Virus record (IMG/VR): IMGVR_UViG_3300032516_002092 | Coordinates: 1 to 52,429 of that record | Direction: 5' to 3' (one strand) | Source: a virus | Taxonomy: Duplodnaviria > Caudoviricetes | Length of the DNA: 52,429 nt | In this document: positions 1-8,957 of the stretch, one piece after another | How the letters are laid out: each line of letters starts with the position of its first letter | Position numbering within the stretch: the stretch's first letter is position 1 | Made by a program: the position numbers and the translations under genes | The notes under the pieces: model-generated | What the model was told of the DNA's origin: nothing | Databases searched by the model: none | The model's input: only the letters and a program-made list of their open reading frames with translations

Positions 1-14
1 CCATCGACGAAGCC

Positions 15-671
15 ATGGGGGTCGAGTGGACCCCCCGCCCCAAGGTGTTCTTTGGCCAGGTGGAGGTGGACTCGTACTACTGCGCACTCGTCAAGGGCAT
101 GGGGAAGGTGCCCTTCGATGCTGGCATCCACAAGCCGGAGCAAAGGTGCACGGCGATCACCATCGCGCTCAACCCGCTGCCGGATAGCCCGATCACCAGC
201 CCGGTGCAGCGGGACCTCATCGCCGAGAGCAAGGAGTGGGGCCAGATCGTCAAGCCCTCACTCCGGGCGCTGAGTGTCGACCTGAGGAGCATCAACGGCA
301 AGTGGGCACAGGCCGAGATGGTGCCAACTGGCCGCAACTACACCAACAAGTCGGGCGAGGAAAAGGCCCTCACCACGTTCAAGTTTCTCGCCATCTACTC
401 GACCGAGGCCGAGTGCGTCGCCGCCGCTGATCGCTTCTTCGTGAGGGTGAGCGGCCCCCAGGACGCCCCCGACGGGACCCCGGCGCCGCAGGCCGCCACC
501 ACCAACAGCAGTGCCGAACGCGCCACAGCCGCCAAGTTTCTCCCGGCGCTGTGGGCGCAGAGCGGCAAGGACGTGGTGAAGTTTGGCGAGTTGATTGCCA
601 AGCTGCCGCTCGTCGCCAAGCACTTCGACCTCATGAGCCCCGAGGTGCTGACCATCATCGCACCGTTCTAG
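15..671 (+). CDS. Hypothetical phage protein in recombination module
   Basis: 218-aa ORF with strong GC3 bias, co-oriented with the operon; no diagnostic motif recognised. Confidence 0.6.
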   Translation: MGVEWTPRPKVFFGQVEVDSYYCALVKGMGKVPFDAGIHKPEQRCTAITIALNPLPDSPITSPVQRDLIAESKEWGQIVKPSLRALSVDLRSINGKWAQAEMVPTGRNYTNKSGEEKALTTFKFLAIYSTEAECVAAADRFFVRVSGPQDAPDGTPAPQAATTNSSAERATAAKFLPALWAQSGKDVVKFGELIAKLPLVAKHFDLMSPEVLTIIAPF

Positions 672-678
672 TAGCTAA

Positions 679-730
679 AGGAGGGGGCCCTACACAGGTG
701 GGGGGCCCTACACAGGTGGGGTCCCCTCCT
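679..730. repeat. 18-bp tandem duplication inside an intergenic inverted repeat
   Basis: GGGGGCCCTACACAGGTG at 683-700 and 701-718; outer arms AGGAGGGG (679-686) and CCCCTCCT (723-730). Confidence 0.85.
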
Positions 731-746
731 GGCGTAGGAGGATGTC

Positions 747-1490
747 GTGGGAATCGCATCCGTGATGATTGACAGCAGAGAGCCTGCATGGTGCCAGCGG
801 TTGACGTTCGGCGACGCACCGGTAGCGGTCACGCTCCTGGACGCCGGCGACTTCCTGGTGGCGTGCGAGGACGGAGCGGTGCTCGGCATCGAGCGCAAGA
901 CCGCTGGCGACTTCCTAAACACCCTCCGTGACGACCGGCTCTTCCCGCAACTCGTGCGGCTGCGGGAAGTGACGCCCTGGGCATACCTGGCGCTGTGCGG
1001 CACCTTGTCGCCGGGAGCGGGGGGCAAGTGCCACCAGGCGGGGATAGAGACGGGATGGACCTGGGCGTCAGTCTCAGGCGCCTTCTTGTCAGTGCAGGAG
1101 ATGGGCGTCCACATCCTGCACATCGCCAGTGACCACGACCTGGAGGCCGCCATCATCCGGCTTGCAAGCCGGGACCGGGCGCAGGCAAGGGTGCACCCGG
1201 CACGGATGGCGGCCTTCGTGAGTGAGGCCGAGGCCATCTTGACGGCGCTGCCCGGCATCGGCCCCGAGAAGGCGCAAGCACTCCTGGCCTACTGCGGCAG
1301 CGCCGGGATGGCGCTTCAGTACCTGACCGATGACGACTTCGAGGGGCCGACGGCGCCGGGAGTGGGAGCGGGAACCAAGCGCCGCATTCGCAAAGCACTG
1401 GAGCTGCCGGATTGGGGCATCCTGGGGCTCGTGACCAAGGACGGCGGCCAACTGGCCAAACACAAAGAAGAGGGGGAGACAGTAGCATGA
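747..1490 (+). CDS. ERCC4/XPF-family nuclease with C-terminal helix-hairpin-helix
   Basis: IDSRE, GDF and IERKTAGDF motifs typical of ERCC4 domains; LPGIGPEKAQAL HhH; AGGAGG RBS. Confidence 0.85.
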   Translation: MGIASVMIDSREPAWCQRLTFGDAPVAVTLLDAGDFLVACEDGAVLGIERKTAGDFLNTLRDDRLFPQLVRLREVTPWAYLALCGTLSPGAGGKCHQAGIETGWTWASVSGAFLSVQEMGVHILHIASDHDLEAAIIRLASRDRAQARVHPARMAAFVSEAEAILTALPGIGPEKAQALLAYCGSAGMALQYLTDDDFEGPTAPGVGAGTKRRIRKALELPDWGILGLVTKDGGQLAKHKEEGETVA

Positions 1491-2194
1491 GTACAGAACT
1501 AGCAGTCAGGCAATTGACGCCAACCGTGTGGCAGACTATCCAGGCGGTTGCACCATCCATGCACCAGTCCCGGCTGTTCGGGGTGACGAACCCGGAACAG
1601 GCCTGTGTCATCATGTTGAAGGGCTTCGAGCTCGGCCTGGGGCTCGCCGCCAGCTTCGAGTTTGTGCAAGTGGTGATGGGGAAGCCAGCCCTCTCGCCGA
1701 AAGGGGCGCTGGCACTCATCCACCGCTCCGGCGAGCTGGCCGGAATGAAGATCGAGGACAAGCCGGATTCCTGCACGGTCACCATGAAGCGCAAGGGCGG
1801 GTTCGAGTACACCCTCACCTACACACTGGAGGACGCCAAGCGGGCGGGGTTGGTCAAGCCGGGCAGCGCGTGGGAGGCATACGGTCCGAACATGCTGCGC
1901 TGGCGCTGTATCGGATTCGTCGCAGATGTTGTGTTCCCGGACATCCTGGGCGGGCTGAAGCGCGCCGACGAGTTCGGCGCCGCCATCGATGTGGCTGGCA
2001 ACGTGGTGGAGGGCGAGTGGACGGTACCGGAGCCGCCGGAGCCACCCAAGTACACCGGTCCCACCCTCGACCAGCTCGTCGAGAGGTATGGCGCTGACCA
2101 AGTGCTGGCCGCTGCTGGCGGGAAGATTCCCGGCACGTCTGAAGAGGTGGCTGCGGTGGCGGCCACACTGGTGGCCCGCAATGCCACCAACTGA
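1487..2194 (+). CDS. RecT/Redbeta-like single-strand annealing protein
   Basis: ATG overlaps upstream stop; KGFELGL..GKPAL..ALI..SG, AKRAGL..W..Y..NMLRWRC..FPDILGG pattern; lies next to an exonuclease. Confidence 0.7.
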   Translation: MSTELAVRQLTPTVWQTIQAVAPSMHQSRLFGVTNPEQACVIMLKGFELGLGLAASFEFVQVVMGKPALSPKGALALIHRSGELAGMKIEDKPDSCTVTMKRKGGFEYTLTYTLEDAKRAGLVKPGSAWEAYGPNMLRWRCIGFVADVVFPDILGGLKRADEFGAAIDVAGNVVEGEWTVPEPPEPPKYTGPTLDQLVERYGADQVLAAAGGKIPGTSEEVAAVAATLVARNATN

Positions 2195-2465
2195 GCTTGA
2201 GGTGACCATTGTCTGCAAGGCGAGTGCTATAGCCGGTCGGCCGCCTCGTGGCGCAATCATCGAGATCACTGGTGACCTACCGGACGGGACCCGGTGGCCA
2301 CTAGAACGCTGGGACGCCTTGCTAGACGAGCAGGCGCAAAGTATCGAGCGGATATTGCGGCGGAACCTGCCTGGCGGCACTTATGACCGGCTCCTGTGTC
2401 GGATGCTCGCCGCCAAGGCGTCCCGCTTCGCAGTAGCACACGAGAGCGACGATGCCGGCACTTGA
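2181..2465 (+). CDS. Hypothetical protein
   Basis: Fills the gap between annealase and nuclease with overlapping ends (MPPTELEVTIVCK...). Confidence 0.5.
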   Translation: MPPTELEVTIVCKASAIAGRPPRGAIIEITGDLPDGTRWPLERWDALLDEQAQSIERILRRNLPGGTYDRLLCRMLAAKASRFAVAHESDDAGT

Positions 2466-3225
2466 GCATCTGTCGCACTCCAGCATCCAGACATATCTCC
2501 AGTGTCCCCGGGCGTGGTCGTTTCGTTATCGGGAGGGGGTCCGGGCCCCCTCCTCTCCGGCACTTGTGCTGGGGAGCGCCTTGCATGGAGCGGTAGAGGA
2601 CATACTCCGGCGGCGGCGTACAGGCCAGCCGGTGCCGCTGGCCGAGGTGTGGCAGGAGCAGTGGGCCAAGGCCACCGCACAGCCAGTCGAGTGGGGCGCC
2701 GATATGCCAGAGCAGTTCGCCAACGACGGCTACCGGCTGCTGGCGCATCCGGACACGGCCACTACGCTGGACGGCCTGGTGCCCCTGGTGGAGGATGGAG
2801 TGCTCGCTATTGAGAGGCGGGTGGAGTTGCGAGTGCCGGGAGTGCCAATCCCCGTCCTGGGGTTCATCGACCTGATCACCGCTGATCACGTCCCGACCGA
2901 CTTCAAGACCAGCTCGAAGCCCTGGACGCCCGAAAAGGCGGCGGCAGAGACCCAGCCGCTGATTTATCTCGCCGCGCTGAACCAGGCCGGGCACCACTTG
3001 AACACATCCTTTCGCTTCCGGCACGTCGTCTGGGTGAAGGGCCGGGTGCCACAGGTACAGGTAATCGAGACGAGCCACACGATTGGTGCTGTGCTGTGGG
3101 TGCTCCGGATGATCCGGGATGTCTGGCTGGCTATCGACAGCGGGTCCTTCCCGCCTAATCCCGGCACCTGGAGTTGCGCGCCGAGGTGGTGCTCATACTG
3201 GACCTTGTGTAGAGGCAAGGAGTAA
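2452..3225 (+). CDS. PD-(D/E)XK nuclease, Cas4/RecB-like (PDDEXK_1)
   Basis: LSHSSI..Y..CP, GSALH, GFIDLI, DFKT, Q..IY and a C-terminal C..WC...C; four Cys suggest an Fe-S cluster. Confidence 0.85.
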   Translation: MPALEHLSHSSIQTYLQCPRAWSFRYREGVRAPSSPALVLGSALHGAVEDILRRRRTGQPVPLAEVWQEQWAKATAQPVEWGADMPEQFANDGYRLLAHPDTATTLDGLVPLVEDGVLAIERRVELRVPGVPIPVLGFIDLITADHVPTDFKTSSKPWTPEKAAAETQPLIYLAALNQAGHHLNTSFRFRHVVWVKGRVPQVQVIETSHTIGAVLWVLRMIRDVWLAIDSGSFPPNPGTWSCAPRWCSYWTLCRGKE

Positions 3226-3231
3226 AACGAC

Positions 3232-4083
3232 ATGAGAACGTACAACCGATATGCAACGCTGACAACGACATCTGGCGGCCTGGAGTGGGCGTCCTCGTAC
3301 GACCCCGGCCTTGTGGTGGCCATCAAGCAGGCGGTGCCACCCGAGCACCGGCGCTGGGACCCTACCAAGAAGGTCTGGCTCATCGCTCCGCAGTACGGGC
3401 CCCAGGTGGCCCGGCTCACGGAAGCCTACCTGGGGATCGTCCTGGCAGTGCCACAGGCGGCACAAGCGGCCACCACCGAAACCCGGCTGCTGAAGGTCGA
3501 GTACCTGGGCGCCTGCAAGGACCGAGGCAACGGCGAGTCTACCGCAAGCGGTTGGGCCGATGGTGGCTGGAGCGTGGTGATTCCCGAGCGCATCCTCCGG
3601 GAGTGGTTCGAGGCGGGGCCAGCCAGGCCGGACGAAGCGCCCAACCTGTACGCGACGTTGGCGGTGAAGGCTGCCGCCACCAGTGACGAGGTGCGAAGCG
3701 CCTACCGGCGGCTGGCACGACAAACGCACCCTGACGTGAACCAGGAACCAGACGCAGCGCAGCAGTTCAAAGCGGTGCAGCACGCATACGAGGTGCTCGG
3801 TAACGAAGCCATGCGGCGCAAGTACGACGCCGGCAGGCTCCTGGAGGCGTCGCTCAAGCGGCCATCGGGCGGGCACGTGGCACCGTCGCAACAGGGCTGG
3901 CGCTCACCGCTCCGGTGCGGCTACATCTTGGCGGTGGGCCAGGAGGCGGTAGGACGATTCGTCGTTTCGCAGGTGGTTGCTTGGGAGGACGTGACCGATG
4001 ACTGGGGCCGGGTGTTGGTGACATCCTGGCCACTGGGCGCAACCACGTTTGTCTCAGCCTGGGTGCAGGGGGGGAGAGGATGA
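3232..4083 (+). CDS. J-domain (DnaJ-like) protein with N-terminal HARP-like segment
   Basis: NLYATLAV..A...EVRSAYRRLARQTHPDVN...F..VQHAYEVL....RRKYD; N-terminal YDP..V..IK..P..RRWDP..KVW. Confidence 0.85.
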   Translation: MRTYNRYATLTTTSGGLEWASSYDPGLVVAIKQAVPPEHRRWDPTKKVWLIAPQYGPQVARLTEAYLGIVLAVPQAAQAATTETRLLKVEYLGACKDRGNGESTASGWADGGWSVVIPERILREWFEAGPARPDEAPNLYATLAVKAAATSDEVRSAYRRLARQTHPDVNQEPDAAQQFKAVQHAYEVLGNEAMRRKYDAGRLLEASLKRPSGGHVAPSQQGWRSPLRCGYILAVGQEAVGRFVVSQVVAWEDVTDDWGRVLVTSWPLGATTFVSAWVQGGRG

Positions 4084-4640
4084 CAACCGCAATCGTTCCG
4101 GGTTCACTTGGCGCCATGGCGCAAGGCGCCGGCACTTCGCTGGCAGAAGCGTTCTTGGGCGCCGACGTTCTGGTACTGGTTGACGTTAGCGGATCTATGG
4201 CGACTCCCGACAGCCGGGGCGGGCAGCGCCGGTACGACGTCGCCTGTTCCGAGTTGCGCAAGTTGCAAGCCGAGATGCCCGGCAAGGTGGGGGTGATCGC
4301 GTTCTCGGGCAATGTGGAGTTCTGCCCCGGCGGGGTGCCACCACTCATGGCCGGCAACACCGACTTGGCAGCAGCACTCCGATTCGCCCAGCCCGCTGAC
4401 GGGACTGTCCGGTTCATCATCGTTTCCGATGGGGAACCCGATGCACCAGGCGAGGCGCTCCGGGTTGCCGGCACCTTCAAGTCCCGGCTGGACACTGTCT
4501 ATGTCGGCCCGGAGTCAGAACGTGGCGGCGCCGACTTCCTGCGGCGTTTGGCAGCCGCCAGCGGGGGCCGCCATGTGGTGGCCGACCGGGCTATGGACCT
4601 GGCTGCTGCAACCCAGGGGCTACTGGCGGCGGCACGTTGA
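4080..4640 (+). CDS. von Willebrand factor A domain protein
   Basis: MIDAS DVSGSM, GNTDLAAAL, IVSDGEPD, FLRRLAAASGG. Confidence 0.85.
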   Translation: MTTAIVPGSLGAMAQGAGTSLAEAFLGADVLVLVDVSGSMATPDSRGGQRRYDVACSELRKLQAEMPGKVGVIAFSGNVEFCPGGVPPLMAGNTDLAAALRFAQPADGTVRFIIVSDGEPDAPGEALRVAGTFKSRLDTVYVGPESERGGADFLRRLAAASGGRHVVADRAMDLAAATQGLLAAAR

Positions 4641-4665
4641 CAGGGTGGGCATAACGTGGTATACT
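4637..4665 (+). promoter_or_regulatory. Sigma70-type promoter
   Basis: TTGACA (4637-4642), 17 bp spacer, TATACT (4660-4665) with extended TG. Confidence 0.75.
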
Positions 4666-4693
4666 ACTGGCAACCCACAGGAGGGGGTAGACG

Positions 4694-4879
4694 ATGACCA
4701 TAGCGACGGAGTGGCCGGGGCCAGCCCAGGTAGCCAAGCGGCTGGGCCTAACCACTCAGATGATCCACAAGCTCATCCGGCAGGGGCGGCTGCATGCAGT
4801 GATGACCGCCAATGGGAGGCTCATCGACCCGATGTCCGTGGAACGCGAGATCGAGCGGCGGCAGGGGGCGAAGGGGTGA
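4694..4879 (+). CDS. Small HTH DNA-binding protein (excisionase/HTH_17-like)
   Basis: PAQVAKRLGLTTQMIHKLIRQGRLHA; AGGAGG RBS; downstream of the 4637 promoter. Confidence 0.75.
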   Translation: MTIATEWPGPAQVAKRLGLTTQMIHKLIRQGRLHAVMTANGRLIDPMSVEREIERRQGAKG

Positions 4880-5106
4880 CGGACGATACTGACACGCTGA
4901 CAGTGTACCTGACCCGCAATCAGATCGCGACCATCAAGGAGTGTATCGGATTCTCTGAGGACAAGATCCGCAACTTCGACTACACCTATGGGCAGTATAC
5001 CGAGGAACGATGGCGGGAGGGAGAGCAGACGCGCAAGGCCAGTCTGGCCAGCTTGCAGGATGCTAAGGCCGCCCTGCCCGACTTGCGCCGGAGGGCGAAG
5101 GGATGA
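4876..5106 (+). CDS. Hypothetical protein
   Basis: GTGA overlap with upstream stop and ATGA overlap with next gene. Confidence 0.55.
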   Translation: MTDDTDTLTVYLTRNQIATIKECIGFSEDKIRNFDYTYGQYTEERWREGEQTRKASLASLQDAKAALPDLRRRAKG

Positions 5107-6515
5107 CAGAGACGCCCGTGGCACCCAGGCCCTGGCCCGAAGCCCAACAGATATTGCCGCCACTTTCGCAGAGCGAGCGCCAATCGCTGGCGGCTAGTAT
5201 CGCGCGGTCAGGTGTGCAACATCCAATCCTCACGCTGACAGATGGGCGTATCATCGATGGCCATCACCGTTGGGAGTTGTCCAATGGCAAGGCGCCGATC
5301 GAGATTCGGGACTTGCCCGAAGAAGAAGCCCTAGCACTGGCGCTGGCACTGAACATCGCCCGCCGGCAGTTGTCGCCCGCGCAGTTGGGGGAAGTACAAG
5401 AGCGCTTGCGGAAGAGTGCCGAGCTTCGGAAGCAGACAGCGCTGAAACTGCGCGACCAGGGCATGACTCAAGAGCAGACGGCGGCAACGGTTGGGGTTAC
5501 ACAATCAACCGTACACGAGTGGGAAGAGCAAGCGAGGATACAGGGCGGAAGCAATATCAAAATCGATAATGCTTCCCATTCCGAACCTCCCGCTTCGAAA
5601 ACTTCTCTGCCCCCCGATCTACGCACCACGGTTCCCGCACATGAGAAGGAGCGCATCTATGAGCGGGTGCTGGCGGGTGAGAGTCACGAAGCGGTCGCAG
5701 CCGACTATCACATAACGCGACGGCGGGTGGGGCAGATCGTCAAGGATCTGGCGAAAGAAGAGCGTCGGCGGGAGCGGGAAGAGGAGCGAGTGAAGCCGCC
5801 GGCAATCGTCAAGCCTTCCCCTACTCTCCACCAAGCCAGAGCAGAGGCGCTACCAATCGCTGATGAGTCTGTGGACGTGATCATCACTTCGCCGCCCTAC
5901 AACCTGGGGGACGGCGATTGGCCGATGGGCGGTGAGGGGCGCACCCCACGCGAGCAGGGTATCGGGTATGAGGACGCCAAGCCCGAAGCAGAGTACCAGA
6001 CCTGGCAGGTGCAGGTGTTCCGTGAGCTGTACCGGGTGGCCAAGCCAGGCGCCAGCTTCTTCTACAACCACAAGTGCCGGCAGCGGGACGGTCGAGTTAT
6101 TCACCCGATGGACTGGATTCGTCACCCTGACAACCCGTGGATTCTGCGTCAGGAGATCGTCTGGGACCGGGGCAGCACGCATAACCATTCGCCGGCGCTG
6201 TTCTGGCCCGAGGATGAGCGCATCTATTGGATGACCAAAGGTAGGCCCGTTATCCCAGAAGGGGGAATAGCGCAACCTTCCGTGTGGCGCCTTTTCGGGC
6301 CGGTTCCGAACACTTGGCACCCGGCGCCCTTCTCCGACGAGCTGCCCAAACGCTGCCTGCAAGCTATAGGCCGACCGGGAATTGTAGTGCTAGACCCCTT
6401 CGGTGGCAGCATGACAACCTGCAAGGTTGCCCTGGCTATGGGCTACGAGGCAATCGGTGTAGATGTGTGCGCCGAGTATGTGAACCGAGCCAAGGGGGAA
6501 AACGGGTGGAATTAG
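5103..6515 (+). CDS. ParB-N/HTH-DNA methyltransferase fusion (beta-class N4/N6 methylase)
   Basis: IIDGHHR ParB motif; HTH QEQTAATVGVTQSTV; TSPPY catalytic motif preceding HPAPF and VLDPFGGS. Confidence 0.85.
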   Translation: MTETPVAPRPWPEAQQILPPLSQSERQSLAASIARSGVQHPILTLTDGRIIDGHHRWELSNGKAPIEIRDLPEEEALALALALNIARRQLSPAQLGEVQERLRKSAELRKQTALKLRDQGMTQEQTAATVGVTQSTVHEWEEQARIQGGSNIKIDNASHSEPPASKTSLPPDLRTTVPAHEKERIYERVLAGESHEAVAADYHITRRRVGQIVKDLAKEERRREREEERVKPPAIVKPSPTLHQARAEALPIADESVDVIITSPPYNLGDGDWPMGGEGRTPREQGIGYEDAKPEAEYQTWQVQVFRELYRVAKPGASFFYNHKCRQRDGRVIHPMDWIRHPDNPWILRQEIVWDRGSTHNHSPALFWPEDERIYWMTKGRPVIPEGGIAQPSVWRLFGPVPNTWHPAPFSDELPKRCLQAIGRPGIVVLDPFGGSMTTCKVALAMGYEAIGVDVCAEYVNRAKGENGWN

Positions 6516-6922
6516 GCAAACAGGGTCTCAAGGGTTCCCCTAGTAGAGATGAGTTCAAGCGCCGGCACAAAGATCTATCGGCCACCTTCTACGCGGGGGA
6601 CCTCGACTTTGTGCTGGTGACTAAATACCCGAAGGCGGGGATTGTAGCCTTCCTGGATTACAAACGCTGCGGGGACCAAGTAACATTTGCGGAAGCCATC
6701 GCATACAACAGCCTCTTGTCTATTGCTCCTGTCTACATCGTGCAAGGGGACAACCCGAACACAGGGCCATTCACCGTGCTGGAATACAAGGGCGGCGATT
6801 GGCGCCCCGAGCCGCCCGTCGTTAGCCTGATTTATTGTGAGACGGTGCAGGACTGGCGAGGGTTCGGGAATTGGGAACGCCGCTTGCGAGCAAAACACCT
6901 TCGTGCCCATATGGCGTCGTAG
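6506..6922 (+). CDS. Hypothetical protein, possible PD-(D/E)XK-type nuclease
   Basis: GTG start overlapping the MTase end; DLDFV...LDYK spacing resembles D..(D/E)xK. Confidence 0.45.
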   Translation: MELGKQGLKGSPSRDEFKRRHKDLSATFYAGDLDFVLVTKYPKAGIVAFLDYKRCGDQVTFAEAIAYNSLLSIAPVYIVQGDNPNTGPFTVLEYKGGDWRPEPPVVSLIYCETVQDWRGFGNWERRLRAKHLRAHMAS

Positions 6923-6939
6923 AGGAGGCCGCCCTGTCA

Positions 6940-8187
6940 ATGCCCATCGACGTGGTGCTCCTCCAGGCCGTCGCCGACCGCCTAGCAGGCGTCTCTACAA
7001 ACGGGTTCACACCCGCTAAGTTCGCCGAGCCACTCCGCACGCTCTGGGCCACACTCGACGCCCAGCCCACGGTGGATTGCGTGCAGCTCTTCATGGCCTG
7101 GGCCGGCACTGACCAGGCTCGCCTGGACATCGCCGCCGACGTCCTCAAGCTCAAGCCCGGCGGCAATCCGCCGCCAGACCCCTGGGTGCTCTACACGCTG
7201 CGAGACGCCTACAAGCCTCGGCCACCACTCTTGTACCTGGTGGAGGGGCTGGTTACGGTGCCGTCTGTCTGCATGACGTATGGTGCGCCAGGTTCGCTCA
7301 AGAGCCTGCTGATCGCCGACATGATGGTATGCGTCTCTGCCGGTGTTCCCTGGCTTCCTGAACTGGACCCGCGGGACAAGACCCGCCGCCAAACAACGCA
7401 GGCACCAGTGCTGTGGTGTGACTTCGACAACGGGAAGCGCCGCACCGATGAGCGCTTCGAAGCCCTGGGCCGGGCCCGGAACCTCCCCGACACTACTCCG
7501 CTCACCTATGCCACCATGCCGAACCCTTGGCTCGACGCCAGCAGCCAGCAAGCCACCGACGACCTCTGCAACCGCATCGCCCGGATCGGGGCCCGCATGT
7601 GCGTGATTGACAACCTCGGCACCGTGACCGGCGGGGTGGAGGAGAACAGCAGCGGCATGATCGGGGTGATGAGCCACCTCCGCTATATCTCAGAGCAGAC
7701 CGGTACAGCTTTACAGGTGCTACACCACCAGCGTAAATCTGGCGCCAACCTCAGTCGGGCGGGAGAAACCATCCGGGGCCATAGCAGTATCGAGGCGGCG
7801 CTCGACCTGGCACTCCTCATCGAACGAGAGGAACATTCCGACGACATCACGGTTCGCAGCACTAAGACACGAGACATCGACGTGTTCCCGTTCGGGGCAC
7901 GGCTTCAGTACCAGCACAAGCCCGGCACCAAGGAGTTTGCGACGGCGGCCTTCTGGGGGCTAGGGATTGACGACACGAGTAGCAACCGAGCCATCGACAA
8001 CGCCATTCTCGACGCACTAACCGCTCGGCAGGGACAGAATCAAGCCAAGCTGGTAACCGCCATTCAAGGGGCGCTACCAGACGTCGGTATCAACCGCATT
8101 CGATCCCGAATCAAGCACTTAGTCAAACTGGGGACGGTTCTGGCGAAGCCGGGGCCGCTGAAGTCGATCGTCTATGAGACACCATGA
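6940..8187 (+). CDS. RepA/DnaB-like replicative helicase (AAA_25) with C-terminal wHTH
   Basis: YLVEGL, Walker A GAPGSLKS, Walker B VIDNL, HHQRK, RGHSSI; GAGGAG RBS. Confidence 0.85.
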   Translation: MPIDVVLLQAVADRLAGVSTNGFTPAKFAEPLRTLWATLDAQPTVDCVQLFMAWAGTDQARLDIAADVLKLKPGGNPPPDPWVLYTLRDAYKPRPPLLYLVEGLVTVPSVCMTYGAPGSLKSLLIADMMVCVSAGVPWLPELDPRDKTRRQTTQAPVLWCDFDNGKRRTDERFEALGRARNLPDTTPLTYATMPNPWLDASSQQATDDLCNRIARIGARMCVIDNLGTVTGGVEENSSGMIGVMSHLRYISEQTGTALQVLHHQRKSGANLSRAGETIRGHSSIEAALDLALLIEREEHSDDITVRSTKTRDIDVFPFGARLQYQHKPGTKEFATAAFWGLGIDDTSSNRAIDNAILDALTARQGQNQAKLVTAIQGALPDVGINRIRSRIKHLVKLGTVLAKPGPLKSIVYETP

Positions 8188-8189
8188 GA

Positions 8190-8292
8190 GAGTCTTACGA
8201 GTCTTACAGAGTGCTACGCGTGAGACGTAAGACTGCGGGAGAGAGTGTTACGGGGTTATGCCCCTTTAAAGGGCATAACCCGTAGGACTCTC
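8190..8292. repeat. Iteron-like 9-mers plus long palindrome (candidate replication origin)
   Basis: GAGTSYTAC at 8190, 8199, 8209 and 8243 (+), inverted copies at 8227-8234 (8 of 9 nt) and 8282-8290; near-perfect palindrome 8243-8290 centred on TTTAAA. Confidence 0.65.
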
Positions 8293-8319
8293 CGTGGCGC
8301 CTAGATCCAGAAAACACGA

Positions 8320-8348
8320 TTGACACAGAAGGGTTGGTGGTGTATAAT
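8320..8348 (+). promoter_or_regulatory. Perfect-consensus sigma70 promoter
   Basis: TTGACA (8320-8325), 17 bp spacer, TATAAT (8343-8348). Confidence 0.85.
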
Positions 8349-8382
8349 GTGGGTAGATTACATCTTACAGAGGGGGCAGTCG

Positions 8383-8952
8383 ATGAATGAGCCACAAAGC
8401 ACCGTCGCCCGAGGAATGGCCTTTGAGGTAGCTATTGCTGAACGTTTGGCACTACTCGGCTGGACGTGTTGGCGGACCGTGGGGAGCAGGGGGACAGGAG
8501 CGGTTGATATCGTGTGTGCAATGCCTGGCAGGTGGGCATTACTGAGTGTCAGAATACAGAATCCTCTGGGCGGGTTCGACCGCGAGCGACTGGTAGAGAT
8601 GGCCAAGTATCTGTCGGCAGAGGCGGTTGAAGTATTTCAGACGCGGGGACACATAGCCTTCATTCAGCGGTGGCCCAAGGATGGATCTCGGTGGGAGAGT
8701 CTTCCCCGTCCTGATGATTGGTTAGGGGAAGAGCACCCGCACAATGGACAGCCGCACAGCATAAGCACAAGAGTGTTGGAACTTCTTCGAAGGCATCCCT
8801 GGATTACGGCCACGGAAGTAGCCGATGCGCTGGGAATCAAACGCAATAGCTCGGGGGCAACACTTCTACGGCACTTCGGGCATGATCAAGTTATCCGCAC
8901 TGACACATACCCTGCCAAGTGGGCCGTGAAGCCCTCCGACGTGGAAGTGTAA
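8383..8952 (+). CDS. Hjc-like PD-(D/E)XK-fold domain fused to winged HTH
   Basis: GMAFE..IAERL...GW..WRTVGSRG.GAVDIV resembles the Hjc N-terminus, but the ExK appears replaced; C-terminal ITATEVADALGI; AGAGGGGG RBS. Confidence 0.55.
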   Translation: MNEPQSTVARGMAFEVAIAERLALLGWTCWRTVGSRGTGAVDIVCAMPGRWALLSVRIQNPLGGFDRERLVEMAKYLSAEAVEVFQTRGHIAFIQRWPKDGSRWESLPRPDDWLGEEHPHNGQPHSISTRVLELLRRHPWITATEVADALGIKRNSSGATLLRHFGHDQVIRTDTYPAKWAVKPSDVEV

Positions 8953-8957
8953 GAGCC

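Noticed and set aside
2452-3225. Cas4 as part of a CRISPR adaptation module
   Set aside because: Its position next to a RecT-like annealase indicates an ordinary phage recombination exonuclease
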